Source: Methanobacteriota archaeon (GTDB taxonomy: Archaea > Thermoplasmatota > SW-10-69-26 > JACQPN01). Taken from it: 64,000 nt of DNA. Of the stretch, positions 1 to 9,262 are shown piece by piece. The notes below the pieces were generated by a model, which saw only the letters and a program-made list of their open reading frames with translations, did not search any database and was not told the DNA's origin. The DNA is taken from assembly GCA_016207515.1 (NCBI GenBank), contig JACQPN010000005.1, positions 12,810-76,809 of the forward strand, read 5' to 3'. Within the stretch, counting starts at the first letter, position 1; the number at the start of each line of letters is the position of its first letter. Made by a program: the position numbers and the translations under genes.

Positions 1-73
1 CCAATCACACTCTTTTTATACGGCCCTTCCCACTCAACGCCGTGGAAACGCTGGTTGCGAGCCGTGGGGAGCC

Positions 74-823
74 ATGAGGCGCATGCTAGTCGAGGCCGTC
101 GATCAGGAAGCGGTCGCCAAGACGGTGAAGGCCGCAGTCGAGGCCCGGGGCGCCGTCGTCACGTCGTGGACGGAATCGGAGACCGAGTTCGAGGGGTTGA
201 AAGCGGAGAACGGGGCGTTCACGCGCGCCGGCTACGTCGGCACCTACCAGTACCACGGCGAGAAGGACGTGCATCTTCAGGTGCGCCTCTTCGCACTCCT
301 TCCCGAACGTTTGTTCTGGGCGGTGGTCTTCACAGAACTCGCGGTCGTCGTGGCGTTCCTCGTCACGGTCCCGGCGCCGAACCTTTGGGTGATCTCGGCC
401 GTAGTGATGGCACTGGTACTTGGAGGCGCTTATTGGGCCCGGCGGGAATCGACGAAAATGTCGAGCGAACTCGAACTCGAGTTCGGCGCCTACTTGGCCG
501 AGGAACTCACGGCGGAGGGTGCTCCAGCGGACATCGTCGTCCAGGAAGAACAACTCGATGAATTGGAGGAGATCGAGGCGATCGAGCGCGAGTTGCGCCT
601 GGAGGCGACGAAGAAGGAATTGGCGAAGACGAGGCCCGCAATCATCGAAAGAACAAAGGGCGCGCGTGAGAAGCGACCCCCGGCAAGCGCCAAGCCCCAG
701 GACGACGCGGAAGGCAGGCGGAAGCGTCTTCTTACCCTCAAGGCCGAGCTCGAGAAAAAACGCGCTAGCCGGCAAGAATCGTCGAACACTAGAAGCACCA
801 CTTCGGGACCCGCGAAGCCTTAA
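74..823 (+). CDS. hypothetical membrane protein with C-terminal charged coiled-coil region
   Basis: Track ORF. Central hydrophobic segments (FWAVVFTELAVVVAFLVTVPA, VISAVVMALVLGGAYW) are followed by an E/K/R-rich repetitive tail. No recognisable family motif. Confidence 0.4.
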   Translation: MRRMLVEAVDQEAVAKTVKAAVEARGAVVTSWTESETEFEGLKAENGAFTRAGYVGTYQYHGEKDVHLQVRLFALLPERLFWAVVFTELAVVVAFLVTVPAPNLWVISAVVMALVLGGAYWARRESTKMSSELELEFGAYLAEELTAEGAPADIVVQEEQLDELEEIEAIERELRLEATKKELAKTRPAIIERTKGAREKRPPASAKPQDDAEGRRKRLLTLKAELEKKRASRQESSNTRSTTSGPAKP

Positions 824-861
824 ATACCATTACCGGTATGCAAGGCGCGCCTTCAGGCCTG

Positions 862-872
862 TACTATAAAGC
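862..872 (+). promoter_or_regulatory. TATA-box-like element (tactataaagc) upstream of the PPase-like gene
   Basis: AT-rich box about 25 nt upstream of the in-frame ATG at 893. Consistent with an archaeal leaderless transcript. Confidence 0.35.
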
Positions 873-883
873 TTGGGGCAAGC

Positions 884-3049
884 GTGGTCCGGATGGTCCT
901 TCAAAACGCCTTACTCATCTCCATAGGGTCGGCTGTCGCTGCCGGCCTCGTCGCTAGCGGCTTCGCCTTGACGCTCTCGCGACCCGCCAGTCGCGGGAAG
1001 GACAATGCGGCGCTCGCGGCCGTGTCGAGCGCCGTCGCGACCCAAGTCAGGTGGCTCTACCTTCGCCAAGGACAAATCATTGCGGTCACTTGCGCTCTTC
1101 TAGCCGGCATCGTGGGTGTCTTTGCGACCCCCGAAGCTGGTCTCGCCGTCTTGATAGGCGCGGCCACGACGCTTCTCGTGGGGCTTGCGGCCTTGAACCT
1201 GACAGCGGGCGCCGTGTACCGCGTCGCGCTCCTTTCAAAGGACCAAACGCCCGAAGCGCTGCGTCAAGCGCTGAGGGCGGGGACGGCGATAGGACTCCTT
1301 TCGACGGGCCTCACGCTCGTCGTTGTCGCCGCCACGTTGTTCCTTCTCGGAGGAAGCGCACTTACGGGTGCCGGGCTACCGACGATCGACGCTCTTCTCG
1401 GCTTTGCCCTGGGTGCAGCTACGGTGGCGCTTCTCAACCGGCTCGGTGGCGGGATATTCACGAAAAGCGCCGACATAGGGGCGGACCTCGTCGGCCAGGT
1501 CGAAGCGGGCCTCGCCCCCGACGACCCTCGAAACCCCGCTGCGTTCGCAGATGCATGCGGCGACCAATTGGGTTCCGCCGCGGCGGCCGCCTGCGAATTC
1601 GCCGAAGTCTACGCGACGTCGCTGGTGGCCGCGATGGCCCTCGGGGTCGCGCTCGCGATCGGGGCCGCAAGCGTTCCCGCGGAGATCGACGCGTGGGCGA
1701 GCCTGCCGCTCCTCCTTGGGGCGAGCGGAGTCATCGCTTCCATCATCGCGACGCTCGTCTTCGCGTCGGGCAAGGGCGACACCGTCGCCGGCACGAGGAT
1801 GACCCGGGCGTACGTGGTGGGCGGGCTCGTTTCAGGCGTGGGGGGCTACTTCGTCGTGAGCGTCGCGGTCGGGACCGAGAACATCGGCCTCTACATCGCC
1901 TTCCTCCTTGGCATCCTCGGCGGGATGGTCACGGCACTCCTCTCCGAGAAGTACACGACGCCGTCGGGCAAGAAAGTCGCGGAGATCGCCGAATCCAGTA
2001 AGACTGGAAGCGCCACCAACATCATCGCGGGGCTCGGCAACGGCCTCGAAGCGACGGGTTCGCCGACGATGATACTCCTCATCGTCGTCATAGCGGCCTA
2101 CGCGGCGGGCGTGAGCTACTCGGCCGCCAACTCGCTCCAAGCGGGCATACTCGGCATCGCGCTTTCTGGCGTTGGTCTACTTTCGATCACGGCGATCACG
2201 TTGGGCATTTCCATCAACGCCGCGATAACGGATTGCGCGAACGGCCTATGGGCGCTTTCCGGGAACAAGGGGGGGCAGGCGCGCGAAGCGCTCACGGCGA
2301 GCGGCAAGGGTGCGCTTCCCTACGCCCGCTCCATCGTCGTCGCCTCCTCGTTGTTTGCGGCGCTCTCACTCGTCCTTTTCTTCGGCTGGCGCGTCGGCGA
2401 GGCCTGCGGCACGCAACCCGCAGGAGCGGCGGCCGTGGTGTACAACTACGTCTCCTGCGCCAAGGTGATGACTGGAGGGGCTTTGACCGTGAACATCAGC
2501 GACCCTTACGCCCTCGTCGGTCTCTTCATCGGCGGAATGATGCCTTTCCTCGTCACGGCCCACGTCACCCAGGCGGCCTCCAGGACGGCCGTCGGGATCG
2601 TCACGGAATCGAGGCGCCAATTGAGGGAGCGGCCGAACATCCTCGGCGGCTCCGAGAAGCCCGACTACGACGCGGTGGTCAAGGCGGGTTCAGAGGCAAG
2701 CCTCGCGCAGCTCAGCGTCCCGGCCGTGATCGCTTTGGGCATCCCGCTTCTCATCGGCATGGCGCTTCCCCCGACGGCGCTTGCGGGCCTCATAGCCGGC
2801 GTCACGGCCACCGGGCTTCTTCTCGCCATGATGCTCATCCTTTCAGGGGCCGGCTGGGACAGCGCCCGGCAATCCCTGGAGTTTTCGAAGACCGATTCGC
2901 CGCAGCACAAGGCGTCGGTCGTCGGCGACACCGTGGGCGATTCGTTCAAGGACGCCGCCGGGCCGGCGCTGAACGTTCTCATCCGCGTGACGGCGCTCAC
3001 CGCCATCATCCTGCTTCCCTTCTTCCTCTCTCAGAGCCTCATCAGGTAG
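884..3049 (+). CDS. membrane-bound pyrophosphatase (H+-PPase) homolog, divergent paralog
   Basis: About 16 TM helices. Conserved GGGIFTKSADIGADLVGQVEAG and DPRNPA motifs and a C-terminal VVGDTVGDSFKDAAGPALNVLI motif are present. The canonical DNVGDNVGDxAGMGxDLFESY block is replaced by DACGDQLGSAAAAACEFAEVY. The in-frame ATG at 893 is the likely leaderless start. Confidence 0.75.
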   Translation: MVRMVLQNALLISIGSAVAAGLVASGFALTLSRPASRGKDNAALAAVSSAVATQVRWLYLRQGQIIAVTCALLAGIVGVFATPEAGLAVLIGAATTLLVGLAALNLTAGAVYRVALLSKDQTPEALRQALRAGTAIGLLSTGLTLVVVAATLFLLGGSALTGAGLPTIDALLGFALGAATVALLNRLGGGIFTKSADIGADLVGQVEAGLAPDDPRNPAAFADACGDQLGSAAAAACEFAEVYATSLVAAMALGVALAIGAASVPAEIDAWASLPLLLGASGVIASIIATLVFASGKGDTVAGTRMTRAYVVGGLVSGVGGYFVVSVAVGTENIGLYIAFLLGILGGMVTALLSEKYTTPSGKKVAEIAESSKTGSATNIIAGLGNGLEATGSPTMILLIVVIAAYAAGVSYSAANSLQAGILGIALSGVGLLSITAITLGISINAAITDCANGLWALSGNKGGQAREALTASGKGALPYARSIVVASSLFAALSLVLFFGWRVGEACGTQPAGAAAVVYNYVSCAKVMTGGALTVNISDPYALVGLFIGGMMPFLVTAHVTQAASRTAVGIVTESRRQLRERPNILGGSEKPDYDAVVKAGSEASLAQLSVPAVIALGIPLLIGMALPPTALAGLIAGVTATGLLLAMMLILSGAGWDSARQSLEFSKTDSPQHKASVVGDTVGDSFKDAAGPALNVLIRVTALTAIILLPFFLSQSLIR

Positions 3050-3059
3050 GTGCCAAGAA

Positions 3060-3719
3060 ATGTACTCGATAGTCCCAATGGAAGACACCGTACGCATCCC
3101 CCCGTCAGAACTCGGAAACGACCCCATAGAGGTGACGAAGCTCCTCGTGCGGCGCAGTTTCGAGGGCAGGATGACCAAGCGCCACGGCCTCGTGGTGGTC
3201 GCGATGAACATCGTTCGACAGGGCGAGGGCCGCGTGATACACGGCGACGGCGCAGTATACCAGCGCGTCAAGTACGACGCGGTCGTCTTCAAGCCCGAGG
3301 TCGGTGAGATCGTCGAGGGCACCATCTGCGAAGTCGTGGAGTTCGGGGCGTTCGTGCGTTTCGGGCCGCTCGACGGACTTCTGCACATGAGCCAGATAAT
3401 GAACGATTACCTCAACGTCGACACGAAGAACGAACGTCTCATCGGGAAGGAGACCGCCCGCACGCTTTCGATCGGGGACCAGATCCGGGCCCGCTTGGTG
3501 ACGGTGAGCCTCAACGAACTCTCGCCTCGCGAATCGAAGATCGGTCTCACGATGCGCCAACCGGGCCTTGGAAAGCAGGAGTGGCTCGACGAGGACCGCG
3601 CCAAGAAGAGCGGTCAACCCCTGCCGGAGAAACCGAAGGGCGGCCAGGCGAAAAAGCCAAAGCCCGCTGAGGCCCCAAAAGAGGCGTCGGTGGCCGAGAC
3701 GAAGGAGAAGGAGGCCTAA
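3060..3719 (+). CDS. rpoE: DNA-directed RNA polymerase subunit E' (Rpo7) with S1 domain
   Basis: N-terminal Rpb7-like fold, S1 domain (EGTICEVVEFGAFVRFG) and lysine-rich C-terminal tail. First gene of the conserved archaeal operon. Confidence 0.9.
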   Translation: MYSIVPMEDTVRIPPSELGNDPIEVTKLLVRRSFEGRMTKRHGLVVVAMNIVRQGEGRVIHGDGAVYQRVKYDAVVFKPEVGEIVEGTICEVVEFGAFVRFGPLDGLLHMSQIMNDYLNVDTKNERLIGKETARTLSIGDQIRARLVTVSLNELSPRESKIGLTMRQPGLGKQEWLDEDRAKKSGQPLPEKPKGGQAKKPKPAEAPKEASVAETKEKEA

Positions 3720-3723
3720 GGCG

Positions 3724-3903
3724 ATGAAGGCCTGCCGGGACTGCCATTTCATCACGGAAGGCGAATCGTGCCCGTCCTGCCGGGGGACGAACCTCAGCAA
3801 GGACTGGGCCGGATACGTCGTCGTCATCGATGCGAAACGCAGTGTGCTCGCCAAGAAGATGAACATCGACGCACCCGGAAAATACGCTCTCAAAGTAAGG
3901 TGA
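3724..3903 (+). CDS. spt4: transcription elongation factor Spt4 / RNAP subunit E''
   Basis: 60 aa zinc-ribbon protein MKACRDCHFITEGESCPSCRG (C4). Sits directly after rpoE as in most archaea. The track ORF 3568-3903 is over-extended 5' through an Arg-rich stretch. Confidence 0.8.
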   Translation: MKACRDCHFITEGESCPSCRGTNLSKDWAGYVVVIDAKRSVLAKKMNIDAPGKYALKVR

Positions 3904-3928
3904 ACACCTGTACCGACTCCCCGATGGG

Positions 3929-4411
3929 ATGCGTGACGAACTCACGAAGCCTCTCGGGCGCGTGTACACGACCGAGGAAGCGGTAGAGGCCGTCAAGAAG
4001 ACCGCGTGGCTCGTCGCCGTGGGCGACGTGACCACGGAGTCCTTCCTCGAAGGGGGCCTCGTGCCTCGCGTCATGGTCGTCGACTTCAAGACGAGGCGAA
4101 GCGGCGACATGGAGCGGCTCCGCGCCCGGCTCGCGGGGCTCCAAGCGACGACGGTGAAGGTGCAAAACCCCGCGGCCCGGATAACCGATGAGTTGTGGCA
4201 GGCGGTCGCCTCGTCGCTATCGGGAAACGGCCACACGGTGATCGAAGTCGACGGCGAGGAGGACCTCGCGGCCCTTCCCGCGCTGATGCTCGCGCCCAAC
4301 GGGACGGTCATCGCCTACGGGCAACCGGAGATGGGGGTCGTCCTCATCACGGTGGACGCGGCCGTGAGAGCGCGGGTGAGATCCATATTACAACGAATGG
4401 AAGTGGAATGA
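3929..4411 (+). CDS. DUF359 family protein (archaeal GTP-dependent dephospho-CoA kinase)
   Basis: About 160 aa with a VAVGDVTTESF motif. Sits in the conserved rpoE-spt4-DUF359-rps24e-rps27ae order. Its stop overlaps the rps24e start (ATGATGG). Confidence 0.65.
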   Translation: MRDELTKPLGRVYTTEEAVEAVKKTAWLVAVGDVTTESFLEGGLVPRVMVVDFKTRRSGDMERLRARLAGLQATTVKVQNPAARITDELWQAVASSLSGNGHTVIEVDGEEDLAALPALMLAPNGTVIAYGQPEMGVVLITVDAAVRARVRSILQRMEVE

Positions 4412-4758
4412 TGGAGATAGAGATACAGAACCAGAAGGAGAACGTGCTCTTGAACCGCAAGGAGGTGCACTTCGTGGTGAAACACGCGAAGGGCACGACT
4501 CCGAAGCGGGACGAGGTGCGCGAGAAGCTTGCAGGTCTCTTGAACACCAACAAGGCCAACGTCGTGGTCGACGAGATGGAAAGCGAGTTTGGGAAAGCAG
4601 AGACGGTCGGCTACGCCAAGGTCTACCCGAGCCCCAAGGCCGCAGCTGACCTCGAACGCCATTACCTGTTGAAGCGCAACAAGTTCGAAGGCCTGCCAGA
4701 GAAGAAGAAAGCAGCGGCGCCCGCGGCGGCGGCACCCGCGAAACCGGCGAGGAAGTGA
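4408..4758 (+). CDS. rps24e: 30S ribosomal protein S24e
   Basis: MMEIEIQNQKENVLLNRKEVHFVVKH...KVYPS is a typical S24e, with an Ala/Pro-rich tail. The track ORF 4195-4758 is over-extended 5'. Confidence 0.9.
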   Translation: MMEIEIQNQKENVLLNRKEVHFVVKHAKGTTPKRDEVREKLAGLLNTNKANVVVDEMESEFGKAETVGYAKVYPSPKAAADLERHYLLKRNKFEGLPEKKKAAAPAAAAPAKPARK

Positions 4759-4763
4759 GATAG

Positions 4764-4961
4764 ATGGCACCCCCACCGAAGAAAGGCCCTGCGACAAAGC
4801 AGATCCAGGGCGGAAAGGCCCAACTCTACAAGATAGAGGGGAACAAGCTCGTCCGGACGCGGAAATCCTGCCCCAAGTGCGGCCCCGGCGTGTTCCTGGC
4901 GGAGCACAAGGACCGCAATTCATGCGGGAACTGCGGCTACACCGAGTTCAAGAAACAATAG
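4764..4961 (+). CDS. rps27ae: 30S ribosomal protein S27ae
   Basis: 65 aa with a C4 zinc ribbon CPKCGPGVF...CGNCGY. Confidence 0.9.
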   Translation: MAPPPKKGPATKQIQGGKAQLYKIEGNKLVRTRKSCPKCGPGVFLAEHKDRNSCGNCGYTEFKKQ

Positions 4962-4992
4962 ACCAGCATATCTGGGCCCGCTTCGGCGGGCC

Positions 4993-5005
4993 TCCTTTTT
5001 TCCTT
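4993..5005 (+). terminator. oligo-T tract (cctccttttttcc) after the ribosomal protein operon
   Basis: T7 run immediately 3' of the rps27ae stop. Archaeal intrinsic terminators are U-tracts. Confidence 0.4.
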
Positions 5006-5084
5006 CGAGTCTCACTTCCCAGCGGACGCTTACGGGCTCGGCGTTGTCGTCACCTCTAAGAGCCCGTCGCGCTTCGAAGGACCC

Positions 5085-5975
5085 GTGCGCATTGAACGGA
5101 ACGGCATCGTTCTCATCGTCGTCTCCGCGGTGTCTTTCGGTGGCGTCGCCGTCTTGAGCAAACTCGTGCTCGAAGGTGGCCTCGACGTCCTGTGCCTTCT
5201 ATTCTGGCGCTGGCTCATCGCGGGGCTAGCGGTGGCGCCCTTGGTCTTGTTCGGCAGGGGAAAGAAGCTACGGCGCCGCACGATCGCGTATGCGTTTGCG
5301 CTTGGCGCCGTCGGGCAGTACGGCACATCGGGCGTGTACACGGAGTCACTTCGTTATCTTCCGGCGGCCATCGCGAGTTTCCTCCTTTTCCTGAGTCCCG
5401 TCTTCGTCGCGGCCTTCTCCGCGATACTTTTCGGCGAGACTTTGACGCGGCGTGGCTTGGCGGCTCTCGCGCTCTCGGTCTTGGGGCTCGCCTTGATGGC
5501 GTTCGCCCCGGGAGGCGAAGCGCCCATCGTGGGGGTCGTTTTGGGCCTTGCCTCCGCGCTCCTTTACGCGTCCACCATCGTCGCCGGGCGCAGGATAATC
5601 GGATCCGGGGACGGCCTTTCGGTGGCCTGGTTTCTCATGCTCGGGGCGACCACCATGTTCGCGGCGACCGCCCTGGCAAGCGGTGGCCTACACGGCCCAA
5701 CGAGCGCAAGCGTCTGGTCCGAGCTCGTGGTGCTCGGTGTGGTCAGCACGGCCTTGAGCATCGGGACCTTCTACGTGGGGCTCCCCCTCGTCGGCGCCCC
5801 GAAGGCGGCGCTTGTGAGCACCCTTGAGCCCGTGAGCACGCTGATCCTCGCATTCCTCGTCCTTGGGGAGAACCTCACGATCGCCCAATACGCGGGCGCC
5901 GGCCTCATCTTGGCCGCCGTCGCGATCGTAGCGACTGAGAAGAAAGGCGCTCCACCCGGGCCGCCGATCCCTTAA
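5085..5975 (+). CDS. EamA/DMT-family transporter
   Basis: Ten predicted TM helices in two 5-TM halves. Gly/Ala-rich and hydrophobic throughout, typical of EamA. Confidence 0.65.
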   Translation: MRIERNGIVLIVVSAVSFGGVAVLSKLVLEGGLDVLCLLFWRWLIAGLAVAPLVLFGRGKKLRRRTIAYAFALGAVGQYGTSGVYTESLRYLPAAIASFLLFLSPVFVAAFSAILFGETLTRRGLAALALSVLGLALMAFAPGGEAPIVGVVLGLASALLYASTIVAGRRIIGSGDGLSVAWFLMLGATTMFAATALASGGLHGPTSASVWSELVVLGVVSTALSIGTFYVGLPLVGAPKAALVSTLEPVSTLILAFLVLGENLTIAQYAGAGLILAAVAIVATEKKGAPPGPPIP

Positions 5976-5987
5976 GGCGGAGTCCCC

Positions 5988-6884
5988 TCACGTCCTACGC
6001 GGTCGCGAGGCGCCCGAGCCTGTCTCCTTGATGAACGTCCCCTCGCGGTACTCCTCGAGCGCCGTCTCGATCTCCCGCTTCGTGTTCATGACGATGGGAC
6101 CCCACCAAGCGACCGGCTCGCCCAAGGGTTTTCCAGAGACCAGGAGGAAACGTGTCGGCCTCGGTCTTGCCGTCGCGCGAACGGTGTCTCCTGCTCCGAG
6201 GATCGCCAAGTGCTCTTGCGGGACGACGGACTCCTTGCCTTCGCCAAAATCGACGCTTCCTTCTAGAACGTAAGCAAGCGTTGTGTGACTCTTCGGGATC
6301 GCGTGTTCGAACGTCGCGCCAGGTCCGAGGGTCACGTCAAGATACGAGGGGTCCACGACGATGTCCCGGACCGGCCCCTTGACGCCCGCCAACTCGCCGG
6401 CGATCACTCGCGCCCTCTTCTCGGGCGTCGCGATGATGGGGATCTCGGGCGCCTTGATCTCCTGATAACGCGGCGGCATCATCTTCTTTCGCGCCGGAAG
6501 GTTCACCCACAATTGGAACCCGCCCATGCCGGTGCCAGAGGCCGGTCTTGGCATCTCCTGATGGACAATGCCGCTACCCGCCGTCATCCATTGGACGTCG
6601 CCCGCGCCGATCGTGCCCTTGTTCCCCATACTGTCCTCGTGATCCACCCGACCGTCGAGCATGTACGTCACCGTCTCCATCCCGCGGTGGGGATGCCACG
6701 GGAACCCCGCGACGTAATCGAGGGGGTTTTGCGAGCGGAAATCGTCGAGGAGAAGGAATGGGTCGAGACGAGGGACCTGGTCGTGGCCGAAGGCGCGCTT
6801 GAGGCGGACACCGGCGCCTTCGATTGCGGCGCGAGCGGGGAGGATCTCAGCGACGGGGCGGGTCGGTTTCTTCGCAGCGGCCAT
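5988..6884 (-). CDS. pirin-family protein (bicupin, quercetin 2,3-dioxygenase-like)
   Basis: HPHRGMETVTYMLDG...GDVQWMTAGSGIVHQE cupin metal-binding motifs, and a second cupin domain. Confidence 0.9.
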   Translation of the reverse strand: MAAAKKPTRPVAEILPARAAIEGAGVRLKRAFGHDQVPRLDPFLLLDDFRSQNPLDYVAGFPWHPHRGMETVTYMLDGRVDHEDSMGNKGTIGAGDVQWMTAGSGIVHQEMPRPASGTGMGGFQLWVNLPARKKMMPPRYQEIKAPEIPIIATPEKRARVIAGELAGVKGPVRDIVVDPSYLDVTLGPGATFEHAIPKSHTTLAYVLEGSVDFGEGKESVVPQEHLAILGAGDTVRATARPRPTRFLLVSGKPLGEPVAWWGPIVMNTKREIETALEEYREGTFIKETGSGASRPRRT

Positions 6885-7083
6885 AACAATAGGGATTCGG
6901 CGGACACGGTATATAGAGGCTGAGTTACTGGAAGGGTGGGGGCGCGCCGAGGACCGGAGCGGAACCCAAGGTTCTGCTAGGCCGACGGGAGCCCCGAGCT
7001 CCCCTACGGAGGCCAGAAGTCTCCAACGTTACGTGGCCGCGGCCATGCGTGCGCTCGAACTCTGCAAGATTCCTGATAGTGAG

Positions 7084-7117
7084 CGCGCCCGTCGAGATTA
7101 TCGCGTGGATTTGCCGG
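7084..7117. repeat. att-like repeat copy A (cgcgcccgtcgagattatcgcgtggatttgccgg)
   Basis: Its first 16 nt match the reverse complement of the tRNA-Arg 3' end (14294-14309) with one mismatch. It has 2 mismatches to copy C and 3 to copy B over 34 nt. Confidence 0.6.
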
Positions 7118-7261
7118 CATGGACATCCGGACTCTGATGGCGGGTTGGGGTGCAGCGGTGGCGTCGCCCGGAAATTCACTTTGCTTGGTCCGCGCCCCTG
7201 GTCGGCGCTCGCCAATTGCGCGATTCCGAGACTGTTCGTGGAAGGGTTTTCCGCCTTAAGG

Positions 7262-7280
7262 CGTATTCTTTATATATTAT
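7262..7280 (+). promoter_or_regulatory. TATA box (tctttatatattattacg) for the AbiEi/AbiEii-like operon 1
   Basis: Strongly AT-rich box ending about 20 nt before the track start at 7299, in an otherwise 65% GC context. Confidence 0.45.
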
Positions 7281-7298
7281 TACGTCCTAAGACGTATT

Positions 7299-7922
7299 AT
7301 GGCTGGACGCTCGCGCGGGTTCATTCACTACTGCGAGCGCCTCTTCCTGGAAACGGATGCGCCCGTCCGATCGACCCGTCTCTGGCACGAACCCGGCACC
7401 ACAGCGTCGACGGTGCACCAATGGATCCGCCACTTGCGGTTCCACCGAGTCATGACCCCTGTGGACGGCGGCCATCGGATCGATCGCGTGAGGCTCTTGC
7501 AAGTGCTCGCGGCCCATCGCATCGCCCGCATCCAGCCCGTACATGAAGGCGCGGTTGCCTTGGATGCTCGCGGCTTCTCTCAGGTCTTGAGCCAACGACG
7601 CATTCCGCACGCGCTCTGCATGCTGTCCGCCGCGAACGAGTGGACATTCTTTGAGCCGCGCTATGCAATCGACGTCTACGTCCGACGGGCCGATGCCCCG
7701 CGCGTGAGAGCCCTCACAACGGTAGGCCGCTACCGCGTGAACCTCTACGCCGAGAATCTCGGCGAGGTCCCGACGCGGGAGAGAGATGGCGTCCCCATCA
7801 CCGACCTCTTCCAGACGCTCATTGATTGCCGGGCTCACCCCGAGGGTGGAGCACATGCGCAGTTCCTGGAACGAGTTTTGTTAGACAGGGCGAAGGTGAC
7901 GCATGGGGCGGCGGCCAGGTGA
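7299..7922 (+). CDS. AbiEi-like transcriptional regulator / antitoxin (wHTH + C-terminal AbiEi-type domain)
   Basis: N-terminal wHTH-like segment (TASTVHQWIRHLRFHRV). C-terminal motif GVPITDLFQTLIDC resembles the conserved ...ERTLLDL.. block of AbiEi/COG5340. It overlaps the downstream nucleotidyltransferase gene by 20 nt. Confidence 0.5.
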   Translation: MAGRSRGFIHYCERLFLETDAPVRSTRLWHEPGTTASTVHQWIRHLRFHRVMTPVDGGHRIDRVRLLQVLAAHRIARIQPVHEGAVALDARGFSQVLSQRRIPHALCMLSAANEWTFFEPRYAIDVYVRRADAPRVRALTTVGRYRVNLYAENLGEVPTRERDGVPITDLFQTLIDCRAHPEGGAHAQFLERVLLDRAKVTHGAAAR

Positions 7923-8688
7923 TGCGCACCGCGAGCTCGTGGACCCCCGGGCGTACGAGGTCGTCCGCCTCGTGATATCGCGCCTCGAGGAATGGGAGAC
8001 GGAGTACGTCCTCGGCGGTGGTTGGGCCGTGTACGCCTATGGGTCCCGTGTGCCGAGTGCGGATACAGACGTCTTCTTTCCCGACGCTACTGGGCATGTC
8101 GTAGTCGAGCGGCTGGCTTCCGAGACAGGCATCACGACGGGGCAAGGCGCGCAGTTGGAGGCATTGAGCCTCGACGGCTTCAATTCCATTCTTGGACAGG
8201 ACCCGGATTTCGGGGAACCAGACCTCGGTTACGTTCCACGAGGCCTGCTTGCCGGGCGCGTCCTTCGACGAAAGTTGGTCCTTGAGACAGAGACCGTTCA
8301 AGCCCGCGTGCCAACGGCTTCCGCATTGGCTTTCATGAAATTGAAGTCGTTCCACGACCGCGACATGGCGTGGCAAGCACTACGCGACCCGCTCGTCATG
8401 TCGGGGCTCCACCCGAGTGAACGCGGTATCGTCAGGGCGAAAGCGGAGTCCTACTACTATCGGAAGGCGGGCAAGGATCTCTATGACATCGCCTTCCTTT
8501 GCTCGGCCGCGTGCAAGCTGTCGGACTCTCTCGAAATCTCGGCAGAATTCGGGCTTCGCGAAGCTCTCCGGGCGCCGCTTGAAAACGTGGCCCCACAGCT
8601 GATGAATTTCGCGCTCGACCTGGCCGGAGGCGACCGGGCCACCGAGACGCTGCTACGAGATCTGGAGAACGAGCTGCCCAAATCATGA
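7903..8688 (+). CDS. AbiEii-like nucleotidyltransferase (type IV TA / abortive-infection toxin family, DUF1814-like)
   Basis: Pol-beta-fold signature GGGWAVYAYGSRVPSADTDVFF (hG[GS]x9-13DhD). The later block MKLKSFHDRD is shared with the paralog at 9756-10580. Confidence 0.6.
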   Translation: MGRRPGDAHRELVDPRAYEVVRLVISRLEEWETEYVLGGGWAVYAYGSRVPSADTDVFFPDATGHVVVERLASETGITTGQGAQLEALSLDGFNSILGQDPDFGEPDLGYVPRGLLAGRVLRRKLVLETETVQARVPTASALAFMKLKSFHDRDMAWQALRDPLVMSGLHPSERGIVRAKAESYYYRKAGKDLYDIAFLCSAACKLSDSLEISAEFGLREALRAPLENVAPQLMNFALDLAGGDRATETLLRDLENELPKS

Positions 8689-8794
8689 AAAAGAGCGAGC
8701 TACGGGCAAGTCCGAGTTCGACCAGGTTTTGCGCGGAATTCGGATTGATTCACGGGTTTCCCTCATGAAAAATATTATCCGTACTACTTTATGA

Positions 8795-8828
8795 CGCGCC
8801 CGCCGAGATTATCGCTTGGATTTGCCCG
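8795..8828. repeat. att-like repeat copy B (cgcgcccgccgagattatcgcttggatttgcccg)
   Basis: 16/16 identity to the tRNA-Arg 3' end, plus an 18-nt arm shared with copies A and C. Similarity to copy C extends to about 62 nt (8767-8832 vs 9665-9730), including an AT-rich gaaaaatattatc left arm. Confidence 0.65.
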
Positions 8829-8883
8829 TAACGCCACGACAAAGACGATAGGCCGCGTCCCTTTCATGATCGCGGTTCGGAAC

Positions 8884-9201
8884 CTAACGACGACCCTTTC
8901 GGTCGCTCCTGCCCGAGCCCGCCGGAATCGGATTCCGGATACGATCAATATCCGCCACAAGGACCTCCCTTACGACCGCGTGGTCCGTGTTCAACTTGAA
9001 CAGCCTAGACCGACCCAGTACCCTGGTTTCCACGACCAAGCCCTGGGCCAAGAGTTCCGACAGGTCCGCGTAGATCGTGGGTCTCGATATTCCCGTCGCT
9101 TCCGCGAGTTCTGTGATCGGGTAGTCCATGCTCGGGTGGTCTCCCAGAAAGTCGAGGAGCCTGTTCCGCGGACTCTCCCCGAACATCTCTGCAAAACCCA
9201 T
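8884..9201 (-). CDS. winged-helix transcriptional regulator
   Basis: ITELAEATGISRPTIYADLSELLAQGLVVE is a classic wHTH recognition helix and wing. 105 aa. Confidence 0.6.
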   Translation of the reverse strand: MGFAEMFGESPRNRLLDFLGDHPSMDYPITELAEATGISRPTIYADLSELLAQGLVVETRVLGRSRLFKLNTDHAVVREVLVADIDRIRNPIPAGSGRSDRKGRR

Positions 9202-9262
9202 ATTACATCAACGTAAAGCACTGTATACGTCAAACTATTTAGATGTACGCCCTTGTCCCGTC

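Noticed and set aside
55-561. 168 aa ORF overlapping the 74-823 ORF in another frame
   Set aside because: Arg/Gly-rich nonsense translation. It is a GC-skew artefact.
1051-3072. Long alternative-frame ORFs inside the PPase-like gene (1051-2001, 2233-3072, plus several minus-strand ORFs)
   Set aside because: Arg/Gly/Pro-rich low-complexity translations typical of wrong-frame reading in 65% GC DNA. They sit fully nested in a well-supported membrane-protein gene.
3568-3723. 5' extension of the spt4 ORF (track 3568-3903)
   Set aside because: The extension is an Arg-rich run (RRKSQSPLRPQKRRRWPRRRRRRPKA) overlapping the rpoE lysine-rich tail in another frame. Spt4 homologs are about 60 aa and start at MKACRDC.
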